Under the pieces are notes generated by a model, which was not told the origin of the DNA, ran no database searches, and worked only from the letters and a program-made list of their open reading frames with translations. Positions 48,588 through 58,341 of a stretch of DNA of 64,000 bases are shown one piece after another (position 1 is the first letter of the stretch; every line of letters starts with the position of its first letter). Source of the stretch: Elusimicrobiota bacterium (GTDB taxonomy: Bacteria > Elusimicrobiota > Elusimicrobia > Elusimicrobiales > UBA9959). The position numbers and the translations under genes were made by a program. The DNA lies in the NCBI GenBank assembly GCA_016208085.1, contig JACQYT010000030.1, forward strand, positions 8,135-72,134, read 5' to 3'.

Positions 48588-49784
48588 TTGGAAGGCATTC
48601 TCAAACGCTTCATGTTCTTTGATCTCAAGCGGGACGAAAAGGGATTGCTGCGCAGCTACATGAAAGCTATGACCGGGATTTCCGAGTCGCAGCTGACAAG
48701 GCTGATAAAGAAGCAATTGCTTGCCGGGAAGATAACTGCGGCTTGGGGCCAGCGCAACAAGTTCCCGGTGGTTTACACAAGGGAGGATATAGAGCTTTTG
48801 GCGGAAACGGATAATCTTCATGAGCGGCTGGCAGGTCCGGCGACCAAGAACATCTTGGAGCGCAAGCTTAAATTCGGCGATATCCGTTATAAACGTCTTA
48901 GCAGCATATCCGTTTCGCACATATACAACCTACGGGAAAGCCCCGCATACAGATTTAAGGCGCTGACCGTATCAAAGACAAAATCGGTGCAGGTCGCCAT
49001 ATGGAAAAGAGGCAAGCCAAATCCGAGAGGGAAGCCTGGGCATTTACGGGTGGACACGGTGCACCAGGGCGATCTTGACGGCGTAAAGGGCGTTTACCAT
49101 ATCAACATGGTTGACGAGGTCACACAGTGGCAGATTGTCGCGTGCGTGGAGGCGATAAGCGAGGCTTGGCTGGAAGACGTGCTGGAGGCGGCCATATTGA
49201 TGTTCCCGTTTCTTATCCGGGGGTTCCATTTGGATAACGGCGGGGAATTTATAAACAAGCAGGTAGCCGGGATGTTGGGCGGGCTTTTGATAAAACAGAG
49301 CAAATCCAGGTCGGGGCGGACCAACGACAACGCGCTGGTGGAGGGCAAGAACGGGAGCGTCATCCGCAAACATATGGGGCACTGGCACATAGAGCGGCGG
49401 CACGCTGACGGGATACACCGGTTTTACATGGAATATTTCAACATCTACCTGAACTACCACAGGCCCTGCGGATTCGCGACGATCACCGTTGATGAGAAAG
49501 GCAAGCGGCACAGAACGTGTGAAATCTACCAGACGCCATATCAGGCGTTTAGGTCGCTGAAGAAACCGGAGCAATATCTTCGGGAAGACGTGACCCTTGA
49601 GGAACTGGAAAAGACGGCCAAGGCGCACAGCGCCAACGGGTTCGCAAAACTGATGCAGAACGCAAAGGCTAAATTATTCAGAGAAGTGCTGCCGAAAGGG
49701 GCACAAACATTCAGAAATGGAGGCTTGGTTAAAAAGTTTGCGACGGAGCACCGACGAGAGATCTCATGCTCATCCTTGGATTAG
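48588..49784 (+). mobile_element. rve/DDE transposase (IS481/ISNCY-like), probably 5'-truncated
   Basis: PGHLRVDTVHQGD; HLDNGGEFIN; NDNALVEGKN; YLNYHRPC; YQTPY. Confidence 0.85.
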
Positions 49785-49986
49785 AAAATGCTGACAACGC
49801 CTGCGCCGGACTGCGGCGGGAGACGGTTGCACGGAACGCGGCAGGTCTGTGGGCGTCGAACAACCAAATACGGCTGTTTGAAACATTTATCCGACTGAAA
49901 CGGGCTAACAGCCTGTTTCAGGGGGTGTTTTTCGACTCAGAATAAGAGGCCGAATCGGGCCCTATTATAGGGCTGCTCGGGGAGCG

Positions 49987-51177
49987 TTTTGGGTACTACT
50001 CTGCAACAAAGAGGGTTGTCCGGTAGCCGTTGAAGTTGTTGACGGTGATATCGGCGATGCTAAGTCATTAGACAGGCAGCTTGATAAGTTGCGCAATCGT
50101 TTCAGGCTCAAGCGCATCATTATGGTGGGCGACAGGGGAAGCATAACGGATGCGCGTATTAACGAGGAACTAAAGCCGGCGCAAGGAATAGACTGGATAG
50201 CGGCTTTGCGGGCTCCCTCAATTAAGGAACTGGCGGAACAGGGGCTGATCCGGCCATCGCTTTTTGACGAGCGGGACCTGGCAGAAATAAAATCGCCGGA
50301 TTTTCCAGGGGAGCGGCTTATAGTATGCCGCAATCCTTTTCTGGCGGAAGAGCGGACGCGCAAGAGGCAGGATTTATTGCAAGCGACAGAAAAAACGCTG
50401 AAAAAAATAGTCGCCGCCACCAGACGTGCCAGAAAGAGATTAAAAGGCAAAGCGGAAATCGGCGTCAGCGTGGGCAAGGTTATCAATCATTACAAGATGG
50501 CGAAACATTTTAAGCTGACCATTACCGAGGATTCTTTTTCTTATGAACGGAAGAAACAGGAAATTGAGGCGGAAGCCGCGCTGGACGGCATATACGTGAT
50601 ACGCACCTCCGTGGGAGCAGAGACCCTTAACAGCGAAGATGTGGTGGGCCGCTACAAGGATCTGGCTTTTGTGGAACGCGCTTTTCGCTGTCTTAAGACT
50701 GTGGATTTGAATGTGCGTCCGATTTATCATTGGCTGGAAAAGCGCGTGGTCGCGCACATTTTTCTATGCATGCTGGCCTATTATATTGAATGGCACATGC
50801 GCAAAGCGCTGGCACCGCTGCTCTTTGACGACAAAGACAAGGAATACGCCAGGAAACTGCGGACATCTGTTGTAGCTCCTGCCGTGCGTTCGCCAATGGC
50901 GGAAGAAAAAGCCCGTACACGGCGAACCCCGCAGGGCTATCCGGTGCACAGTTTTCAAACGTTGTTACAGGATTTGGCGACAATAGCCAAGAATCGGGCT
51001 AATCCTTGTGGTGCCGGCAAGGCTGAATTCTTTATGTTGACAAAACCAACGCCTTTGCAAAAGCGGGCTTTTGAGTTGCTCAATATCCCGCTATCGTTGT
51101 AGCCAGAACAGCTACAGCCGGAATTGACTGGCTGTCGACGATAAAAGCTCTTTTTATGTGCTGGAACTTTGGTTTAG
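49987..51177 (+). mobile_element. IS1634-family transposase, 5'-truncated, with right end
   Basis: GCPVAVEV; VGDRG; LDGIYVIRT; YKDL..VERAFR.LK; RPIYH; AHIFLCMLAY; end GGAACTTTGGTTTAG. Confidence 0.85.
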
Positions 51178-51178
51178 G

Positions 51179-51377
51179 GTAACGCAGCTACATCCGGGTT
51201 CACTTTCGTTACGACCCGCTCCTTCGCATCGGACATCTTATAATGCCCTTTGTCGAATCGCTTAGAAAGAGGGAATTGCTCCCCTCCCTCCGATTCCCTG
51301 CTATCAGGCTGTCAAGCTTTACCTGAGCCGGCTCTTTTCATCCGGCTGGATTAACGGCAGTTTACTCCTTGGCACAC
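51179..51377 (-). ncRNA. Group II intron 5' fragment (domain I), truncated at the IS1634 end
   Basis: Starts GUGUG; AAUCCAGCCGGAUGAAAAGAGCCGGCUCAGGUAA; GGGUCGUAACGAAAGUGAACC; no RT ORF or domain V seen. Confidence 0.6.
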
Positions 51378-51431
51378 AACCACGTCCCTTTTTCCCCTTT
51401 TTCCCGAGAATGTTTTGTAAAAGTTTCCCGG

Positions 51432-51863
51432 CTAGAGATAATTGACGGCGCCTCCAAAAAATATTCCACATAATAGGTCGCCGAATAACTCGGATAAATA
51501 GAGAAGTAAAACTGTGGTTATTAAGTAACCCACAGTTGAAAACAGGATGAATTTAAACCAGCCTAATTGAAGATTTGTGTGTTTCTTAACAAAAATTGTA
51601 AGCGCGATATAAGCAAAATAGCAGCCCTGCCACCACGGGAGTAAAATTTCCTCACCAATATGGCCATGCGAAGCAATACCAACAATATAAAAAACAGCAA
51701 TAACCGGTAAATAGCAAGCAGAAATAATAATCAGAAATTTACGCCAGATTAAAAGCCTCTCCTTGTTAAAATGATTAGGCAAAGTAATGATGTAGGGGAG
51801 AGCCATTATAACAATGCCCATTGATAAAGAAAATAAAATAATTACCCATAAATTTGGTTTCAT
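51432..51863 (-). CDS. 4-TM membrane protein (candidate immunity B)
   Basis: AT-rich; paralog of 47086-47535; 16 nt after copy B stop. Confidence 0.7.
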   Translation of the reverse strand: MKPNLWVIILFSLSMGIVIMALPYIITLPNHFNKERLLIWRKFLIIISACYLPVIAVFYIVGIASHGHIGEEILLPWWQGCYFAYIALTIFVKKHTNLQLGWFKFILFSTVGYLITTVLLLYLSELFGDLLCGIFFGGAVNYL

Positions 51864-51879
51864 AATTTGCCTGTATAGG

Positions 51880-53450
51880 TTATTTGCATTTTTCCGTGAG
51901 TTTCCCTTCTAAAAAGTCCCGCTCCTTGGTATATGCAGGGACCTCAAGTACATATTCCTTTTCCTTTTGTAGTTCCATGTAGCGCTTCTGGCCCATATTT
52001 ATACATTGTTGTCTATGCTCATTTTCATGAATTGTTATCCCGGCTTGGATATCAGGGTCAAGAGTATAGAATCCAGGGTAATTGTACGTCCATGGTCGGT
52101 TAATACCCCACAAACAAGATGTCATGGCAATTGTGGTGGCAGTTGGGTCTGTTTGTGTAAGGGGCTGATGTTGGTTATAGCCAGCGAGGTATTTATTCAC
52201 CGTTTCAAGACGCTTTCTAACATGATAACATGTACAACTTTCCGGTATCTTCTTTCCGTCCACGCAACATTCTGTCTTGGGGTCATAACAAGCTGTGTCG
52301 CATTTTACCCCATCCACTATCTTTTCGTCCGCGCAGCATTTTGTCTTGGGATTGAACCATGTCCCGCAGCATTTCTGCTTCCCCCAAAGTTTGTGCCACC
52401 AATCAAAAATACCAGACTCCGGCCCGCAGCCTGACGTGCAGCCGGTAACAAAAGTGGTGCAAAGACTGTTGTAATCCTGGCAACATTTACATTGTGCCGC
52501 CGCCCCGGCGGTAATAGCGGTACACAGTGTATAGCACTCTCCTTGCTTAGCTGCGTCCTTTGGATACTTTTTACCTCTTCCGCGCAGCATATTCCAAGGC
52601 ATCTTTTAGAAAGATTGGGTTCAACCTGCTTGCATTCAGCACAGGTTTGAGGCTCGACTGCCGAAACCGTGGCTTTATCGGATGCAGCAGCGGCGGTCGG
52701 GGATTTTGATGATGACCCGGCGGTTGTGTCGGCCGAAGCTTTGGTTTGCACAGCAGATGCCAGCAAGCCGGCGGATTGTTTTGCAGCGGCCGGATTCGAG
52801 GTTTCCCCGGACAGTTTTGTACCGCTCAGGCTGAATTCAGTGGTGGGATTTAATTTTGGGGTGTTCGGCTCGTAGAATTTCAAATCGGTGACTTGACCGC
52901 CCTTACCGGTGAGCGTTGCGGCGCTGTTTGAGGGGACCGGTGTTAAATCTTTCGCGGCCAGTTTGGCGGTGCCGTCGAACATCCGGCTATTCCGATTGTA
53001 TAAATCCTTAAGCCGGTCTTTTGTGTTCCTATCCAGCCCCTTGCTTAATTCATTGACGTCCGGAGCCTCGCCCTTGGCGCAGGACTCTTTGGCTTTTTTC
53101 TTGGCGGCGGCTATCAGGTCGTCTTTCCGTTTTTTCCAGCCGCAGTTTTTAGTGCAGTTTTTTAACGCGGTATCGGCCCTGGCGGCCTCGTCATCCAGGA
53201 AACTGGTGACCGAGGAACAAAGCTGCTCCATGACGCCGGCCTCGCAGCTTTGCGGCATGGCGACGGCGAGTTGCACTATGCGCGCGGGCATAATGGCCGC
53301 CATTGATTTTGACGGGATGGATAAAGTTGCCGCAACGGCCGCGGCGGCTATGAGGGAGTTTCCTTCCGGAATTATTTTGGGAGCGTGCGGCAGGATAACG
53401 CTGATCGCGGTGAGCCCCGCAAATATCATTGAAACGGTTTTCTTCCTCAT
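51880..53450 (-). pseudogene. Cys-rich secreted protein with HExxH tip (copy B), frameshifted at A5 run 52568-52572
   Basis: ORF 53450 start matches copy A N-terminus; Cys pattern continues in ORF 51880-52602 ending HENEH...EVPAY.KE. Confidence 0.75.
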
Positions 53451-53868
53451 ATTCCCCGCAGAAAAAACTCTTAACCGGTTAAACGCTGTATATAGGATGG
53501 CCGATAAAACCCAGAATGTCAAGGTCTGCGTGGGCCGGTGTCGCAAAAGGCCATCATCCCCGGTGTTCAGAATACGTCTTTTAATCATTTGGCCTGAACC
53601 AAACGGACGGTGCCGCCGCCCGTGCCCCGTTCCTTTGGGTATTATCCTTTTTGGCAGCCGTGAAACCACAGGTAAACACAGATATCTATGATGAATGATT
53701 TACAATCCGACGGTGCCCCGCTGATCTGACTCCCCCGCCGCCTTTTTTGGTATTATAATTGTTGCCGCGACGCTTCGGCAAAAAAGAAACGGTTTCTAAA
53801 GGCTTGGAGCGCGATAATCGATAATAATAATTGCCCCATATTTCTTAGAGATCAGAGAAAATACCGCT

Positions 53869-54558
53869 ATGAATGAAAAGATACTTGTTATTGAAGACGA
53901 AAAAGATATCGCCGGAATGATAGATTATAACCTTAAGAAGGAAGGTTATAGGACTGTTTTGACCCATGACGGTCTTTCCGGGGCCGCTGCCGCGCTCAGG
54001 GAACGCCCGGACATTATAATCCTGGATCTGCTGCTGCCCGGAATGGATGGGCTTGAAGTCTGCCGCCGCATCAAGATGGACGTCAGAACCGTTTCCATAC
54101 CTATAATAATGCTTACCGCAAAGGGCGAAGAGTCGGACAAGGTGGCTGGCCTTGAGCTGGGCGCCGACGATTACGTAACCAAGCCTTTCAGCGTGAAGGA
54201 ACTGCTGGCCCGTGTGCGGGCCGTGCTGCGCCGCCCGGCGGCCGCGGCCGAAACGCCGGAAGTTTACCGCGCCGGGGACATTAAGCTGGACTGCTCCCGG
54301 GTGCTGGCGCTGGCCAAAGGAAAACCGCTGGAGCTGACCGCACGCGAATTTGAGCTCTTAAAGGCGCTGATGGCGGCCGGCGGGAAAATGCTGTCGCGCG
54401 AAGCCCTGCTGGATAAAGTCTGGGGGATGGACGCGGCGCTTGAGGTGGAGACCCGCACCGTGGATGTGCATATAGGCACGCTGCGCAAAAAGCTGAAGTC
54501 CGACGGGAAGCGCATCATAACGGTTAAAAATTACGGCTACCGTTTTGAAAACCAATAA
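53869..54558 (+). CDS. phoB: Phosphate regulon response regulator (PhoB/PhoP)
   Basis: OmpR-family motifs; GLELGADDYVTKPFS; RTVDVHI; upstream of pst operon. Confidence 0.88.
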   Translation: MNEKILVIEDEKDIAGMIDYNLKKEGYRTVLTHDGLSGAAAALRERPDIIILDLLLPGMDGLEVCRRIKMDVRTVSIPIIMLTAKGEESDKVAGLELGADDYVTKPFSVKELLARVRAVLRRPAAAAETPEVYRAGDIKLDCSRVLALAKGKPLELTAREFELLKALMAAGGKMLSREALLDKVWGMDAALEVETRTVDVHIGTLRKKLKSDGKRIITVKNYGYRFENQ

Positions 54559-56327
54559 TGCCCGGTATGTTTAAAACTTTCAGATTCCGGCTTTTTCTTT
54601 CATATCTCGCCCTGTCGGCGGCCGTGCTCGGTGCGGCTTTCTTTTTGGTATACCAGTGCATCGAGAGAGCCGAACTTTCGACTTTGAAATCCAAACTTTT
54701 GGATGAAGCCGCGCTGGTTTCCGCGCAACTCCGTTCTTCCGACCTCGCTTCCCCCGGCCTTCACGCGCTGGCTCATTCCCTCGGCTTAAAAGTGCGCTCA
54801 AGACTGACAATAATAGGCGCGGACGGCCGTGTGCTGGCGGATTCGGAATTGGACGTAGCCGGCGTAAGAGCCATGGAAAACCACTCAAGCCGGCCTGAAG
54901 TTGCGGGGGCCATGAAAGGCGGGCCCTCTTACGACCTACGCCGCTCGGCTACGCTCGGCAAGGCTATGCTTTACGCGGCCTATCCGGTAAGTTCAGGCGC
55001 GCGGGTGGTGGCGGTGGCGCGCCTGACTATCCCCGCGGCGCAGTTGGAAGCGGCAATGACCATGCTTAAGAAAGCGCTGTCGGCGGCGCTGGCGCTGGCA
55101 TTCTTGCTTTCTTTCCTGCTTGGCCTTGCGGTTTCAGGCGGCTTTTCCAGGTCTTTCAATAAAATAGTTTACGGTTCCAAGAAATTCGCCGCCGGGAATT
55201 TCTCGTACAGAATACAGAAAGATTTTCACGGCGAGATGGGCAAGCTGGCCGAGACGCTGAATTCCATGTCGGCGGCCATAGAGGAGAATCTGCGGCGCGT
55301 GGAGTTCCAGTCGCAGCAGCTTGCCGCCGCTTTCGCCAATATGGCAGAAGGCGTTCTTATAACCGGGCCGGACGCCCGGGTGACCGCGCTCAACCCGGCG
55401 ATAGAGAGGATGTTCGGCGTGAAAGCTGAAACTTCCGTTTCAAAACCGCTGCTGGAAGTTATTCTCAACGCCCGTTTAAGTGGGATCTGCGGGCGCGCCG
55501 TTTCCGGCGGGAAGCCGGTTTGGGAAGAAACGGAACTCTTCGCTCCGGTCAGGGGCGTTTTCAGCGTGAACGCTTCGCCCCTGTTTGAGGGCGGGGCCGT
55601 GTCCGGCTGTCTTATGGTCGTGCATGACGTCACCGAAGTGCGGCGTCTGGAGGCCGGGCGCAGGGACTTCGTGGCCAACGTTTCGCACGAACTAAAAACG
55701 CCGCTTACGGCTATCCGGGGCTGCGCGGAAACGCTGCTGGAGGGAGCCATAGACGACAGAGAGCACGCAATGAAATTTCTCGGCGTCATTTGCGAACACT
55801 CTAAGCGGCTGGATAATATAGTCGGCGACCTGTTGAAACTTTCCGCGCTGGAATCTTACGCGGCGGAGGTAAAGAAGGAAGCTGTAGGATTGAAAGACCT
55901 GGCGGATTCTCTTGTAACTAGCCTGGCTTCCGTCTTCAGGTCTAAAAAAGCCGTTGTCTCCAATATAATACCGGCGGACCTGCGCGTCAATGCCGACCCG
56001 GAGAAGCTGGGGCAGGTTTTTATAAACCTGCTGGACAACGCCGTTAAATTTTCCCCGGAAAGTCCGAAAGTGGAAATCTCGGCGCAGGAACTGCCCGGAA
56101 GCGTCAAAGTGCTGGTGAGGGACAACGGCACAGGAATACCGCAAAGCCGGCTTGCGCGGGTGTTTGAGCGTTTCTACCGCGTGGACCAGGCCCGCTCCCG
56201 CGAAACGGGAGGAACCGGCCTCGGTCTTTCTATAGTAAAGCATGTGGTGGAACTGCACGGCGGTTCCGTCGGAGTGGAAAGCGCCGAAGGCCGCGGCTCC
56301 ACATTCTGGTTCACAATACCTAAATAA
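54558..56327 (+). CDS. phoR: Phosphate regulon sensor kinase
   Basis: ENH..RPEV; HAMP; PAS; FVANVSHELKTPL; RFYRVD.ARSR..GGTGLGL. Confidence 0.9.
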   Translation: MPGMFKTFRFRLFLSYLALSAAVLGAAFFLVYQCIERAELSTLKSKLLDEAALVSAQLRSSDLASPGLHALAHSLGLKVRSRLTIIGADGRVLADSELDVAGVRAMENHSSRPEVAGAMKGGPSYDLRRSATLGKAMLYAAYPVSSGARVVAVARLTIPAAQLEAAMTMLKKALSAALALAFLLSFLLGLAVSGGFSRSFNKIVYGSKKFAAGNFSYRIQKDFHGEMGKLAETLNSMSAAIEENLRRVEFQSQQLAAAFANMAEGVLITGPDARVTALNPAIERMFGVKAETSVSKPLLEVILNARLSGICGRAVSGGKPVWEETELFAPVRGVFSVNASPLFEGGAVSGCLMVVHDVTEVRRLEAGRRDFVANVSHELKTPLTAIRGCAETLLEGAIDDREHAMKFLGVICEHSKRLDNIVGDLLKLSALESYAAEVKKEAVGLKDLADSLVTSLASVFRSKKAVVSNIIPADLRVNADPEKLGQVFINLLDNAVKFSPESPKVEISAQELPGSVKVLVRDNGTGIPQSRLARVFERFYRVDQARSRETGGTGLGLSIVKHVVELHGGSVGVESAEGRGSTFWFTIPK

Positions 56328-56389
56328 CTATTTCTACATACATTATTTTTAAGTAAAAAAATATGGTATAATCAAAATAAGGTGATGGA

Positions 56390-56650
56390 ATGCCAGTAAT
56401 TTCGAAATTCTTCGGGATTATTATACGGCTGTTTTATGATGAACACGATCCACCGCACTTGCACGCGGAATATCAAAGGAAAAAATCTGTTTTTGATTTC
56501 CAGGGCAACGTAATTAGGGGTGGCCTGTTTTCCAAAACGGCGACGCGGCTTATCAGGGAATGGATCGATCTCCACTCCGCAGAGCTTGAAGCAGATTGGA
56601 AATTGGCTAAAGCCGGTAAACAAATAAGAAAAATTGATCCATTGACTTGA
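56390..56650 (+). CDS. DUF4160 protein (putative toxin-antitoxin component)
   Basis: [10 protein letters not shown]; [11 protein letters not shown]; EL...W; KIDPL. Confidence 0.85.
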   Translation: MPVISKFFGIIIRLFYDEHDPPHLHAEYQRKKSVFDFQGNVIRGGLFSKTATRLIREWIDLHSAELEADWKLAKAGKQIRKIDPLT

Positions 56651-56658
56651 GATGCAAT

Positions 56659-56934
56659 ATGTGGAATATGAATGAAGTTAAAAAAATTAAATACAAAAAC
56701 AATTATGTTTATCATATCGTATTTGACGATAAGACAAAAGGGGATATAGATTTTTCCAAGCGCATCAATAAAGGTCCTGTATTTAAAGCATTAAAAAACC
56801 TGCGGATTTTTAAGAGAGCAACCATTGAAGGCGGCACAATCGCCTGGCCCAATGGAGCCGATATTGCTCCTGAAACATTGTACGAAAAAATAAGTTCCGA
56901 TTTCATTAAACGCCTCCCGACACGCGGCTTATAA
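56659..56934 (+). CDS. DUF2442 protein (putative toxin-antitoxin component)
   Basis: GPVF..L; [16 protein letters not shown]; exact start Met uncertain. Confidence 0.85.
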   Translation: MWNMNEVKKIKYKNNYVYHIVFDDKTKGDIDFSKRINKGPVFKALKNLRIFKRATIEGGTIAWPNGADIAPETLYEKISSDFIKRLPTRGL

Positions 56935-57059
56935 ATCAAACTTCGCCCGACTGCAGCTCAATTTCTGGCTCCGCTTAACCCGCCTGGGCCTGCCTGCGGA
57001 TTTTCCGAAGTTTCCCGCCAAACAACCCAGCCCTCCAAACGGTCGGCGGGGACAGATAA

Positions 57060-57097
57060 AGGGGACAGGCTGGTTTTTATAAAGCAGCCTGTCCCCT
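57060..57097. repeat. GGGGAC-type REP-like hairpin
   Basis: AGGGGACAGGCTG-gtttttataaag-CAGCCTGTCCCCT, preceded by another GGGGACAG. Confidence 0.8.
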
Positions 57098-57098
57098 C

Positions 57099-57182
57099 GT
57101 GGTGGAGCTTCCCGGCGGCTCCGTCGGAGTGGAAAGCGCCGAAGCTCGCGGCTACACGTTCTGGTTCACACTTCCGAAATAA
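57099..57182 (+). repeat. Diverged duplicate of phoR 3' end (56244-56327)
   Basis: 84 bp, 11 differences counted by eye; reads VVELPGGSVGVESAEARGYTFWFTLPK*. Confidence 0.9.
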
Positions 57183-57187
57183 TAATC

Positions 57188-57226
57188 TTTACATACATTT
57201 TACACCTCCTTTAACTGCGCTTCACA
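57188..57226 (+). promoter_or_regulatory. Pho box array
   Basis: TTTACA, TTTACA, TTTAAC, TTCACA at exact 11-bp spacing upstream of the porin-pst operon. Confidence 0.75.
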
Positions 57227-57261
57227 CCGGTTTTTTACACTTTAAGTATGGGAGACCAACA

Positions 57262-58314
57262 ATGAAGATAAAAGTATGGCTGACAGCGGCGGCAGTATTT
57301 ATATCAGCTCTGGGCCCAGCCAGGGCAGCGGATGTGAAACTAAGCGGAGTGGTGTTCGGCCAGTACGCTCATCAGTTGAGCAATAATAATTATAAGGGCG
57401 ACGAGGGTAAAGACCGTGGCGCGTTCGGCATCTCGCGCATCTACATGACCGGCGAGGCCAAGTACAGCCCCGAGTTGAAGGCCAAGGTCGTGCTGGAAGG
57501 GAGTTCCAGGGAGATATACGTCACCTCCGGCACCAGTAACGCCGTATTCGTGAAGAACGCTTTCGGCGAGTATGTGTTCAACGACCGCCTGAGCGCGGCT
57601 TTCGGCATGATCCCAACTCCCTGGATCGATTTTGAGAAAGAAGTTTGGGGCCGTCGCTTCGTCCAGAAGACCAATTTGGCCCAGGCCGGCGTGCTGAACT
57701 CGGCCGACCTGGGCGCGGGGCTTGTGGGAAAGCTGCCGCGCGGTTACGGCGAATACCATGCCGTTTATGTCAACGGAGAAGGCTATAATAAGGACGAAAA
57801 AAGCAAAAAGGACGGCCGCCGCAAGGACGTCATGCTGCGCGTTTCTCTGGTTCCGTTTTCCAACTCACCGCACTCGGGAATTGGAGATTTGTCAGGACTG
57901 AAGTTCCACGGCTATATTCAGCAGGGGCGCGTCTCGGACGGAGCCAGACAATTGCGGGACCGTTATATCGCCGGAGTGAGCTACCAGAAAGGCAAGTGCC
58001 ATTTTATGTATTATTACCTGCGGGGCCATGACGGGGACGGGACTGCAAACCGCATAACCAATAGCTGGTCCGCGCACGGCTCCTACCGGCTCCTGCGGGA
58101 CTTTTCGTTGTTCGGACGTTACGACAGCTTTCGAAAGGCGGCAGCCGCTGGTCCCGAGGCCTATGACCGTGGCACGATAGGCGTGGATCATAAACTGGCC
58201 GATGGCGCGCGGATTTCGCTTAGCGACCAGTGGCTTCAGGTCGTCAAATCGGTATCCGGCTCCAATAAGTCCAACGAAAATCAACTGATGGCCCAGTTTG
58301 AACTGAAATTCTAA
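57262..58314 (+). CDS. Outer-membrane porin, probably phosphate-selective
   Basis: Signal peptide, amphipathic beta strands, terminal Phe, first gene of pst operon. Confidence 0.7.
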   Translation: MKIKVWLTAAAVFISALGPARAADVKLSGVVFGQYAHQLSNNNYKGDEGKDRGAFGISRIYMTGEAKYSPELKAKVVLEGSSREIYVTSGTSNAVFVKNAFGEYVFNDRLSAAFGMIPTPWIDFEKEVWGRRFVQKTNLAQAGVLNSADLGAGLVGKLPRGYGEYHAVYVNGEGYNKDEKSKKDGRRKDVMLRVSLVPFSNSPHSGIGDLSGLKFHGYIQQGRVSDGARQLRDRYIAGVSYQKGKCHFMYYYLRGHDGDGTANRITNSWSAHGSYRLLRDFSLFGRYDSFRKAAAAGPEAYDRGTIGVDHKLADGARISLSDQWLQVVKSVSGSNKSNENQLMAQFELKF

Positions 58315-58341
58315 AACGAAAACATAAATGGGAGGCTAGTT

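Noticed and set aside
51179-51377. Active retroelement, retron or DGR driving effector variation
   Set aside because: No reverse transcriptase ORF, and differences between effector copies are not adenine-specific.
53451-53669. 73-aa N-terminal extension of effector copy B
   Set aside because: Copy A has a 28-bp deletion here and the signal peptide begins at MRKKTVS; the region is leader DNA.
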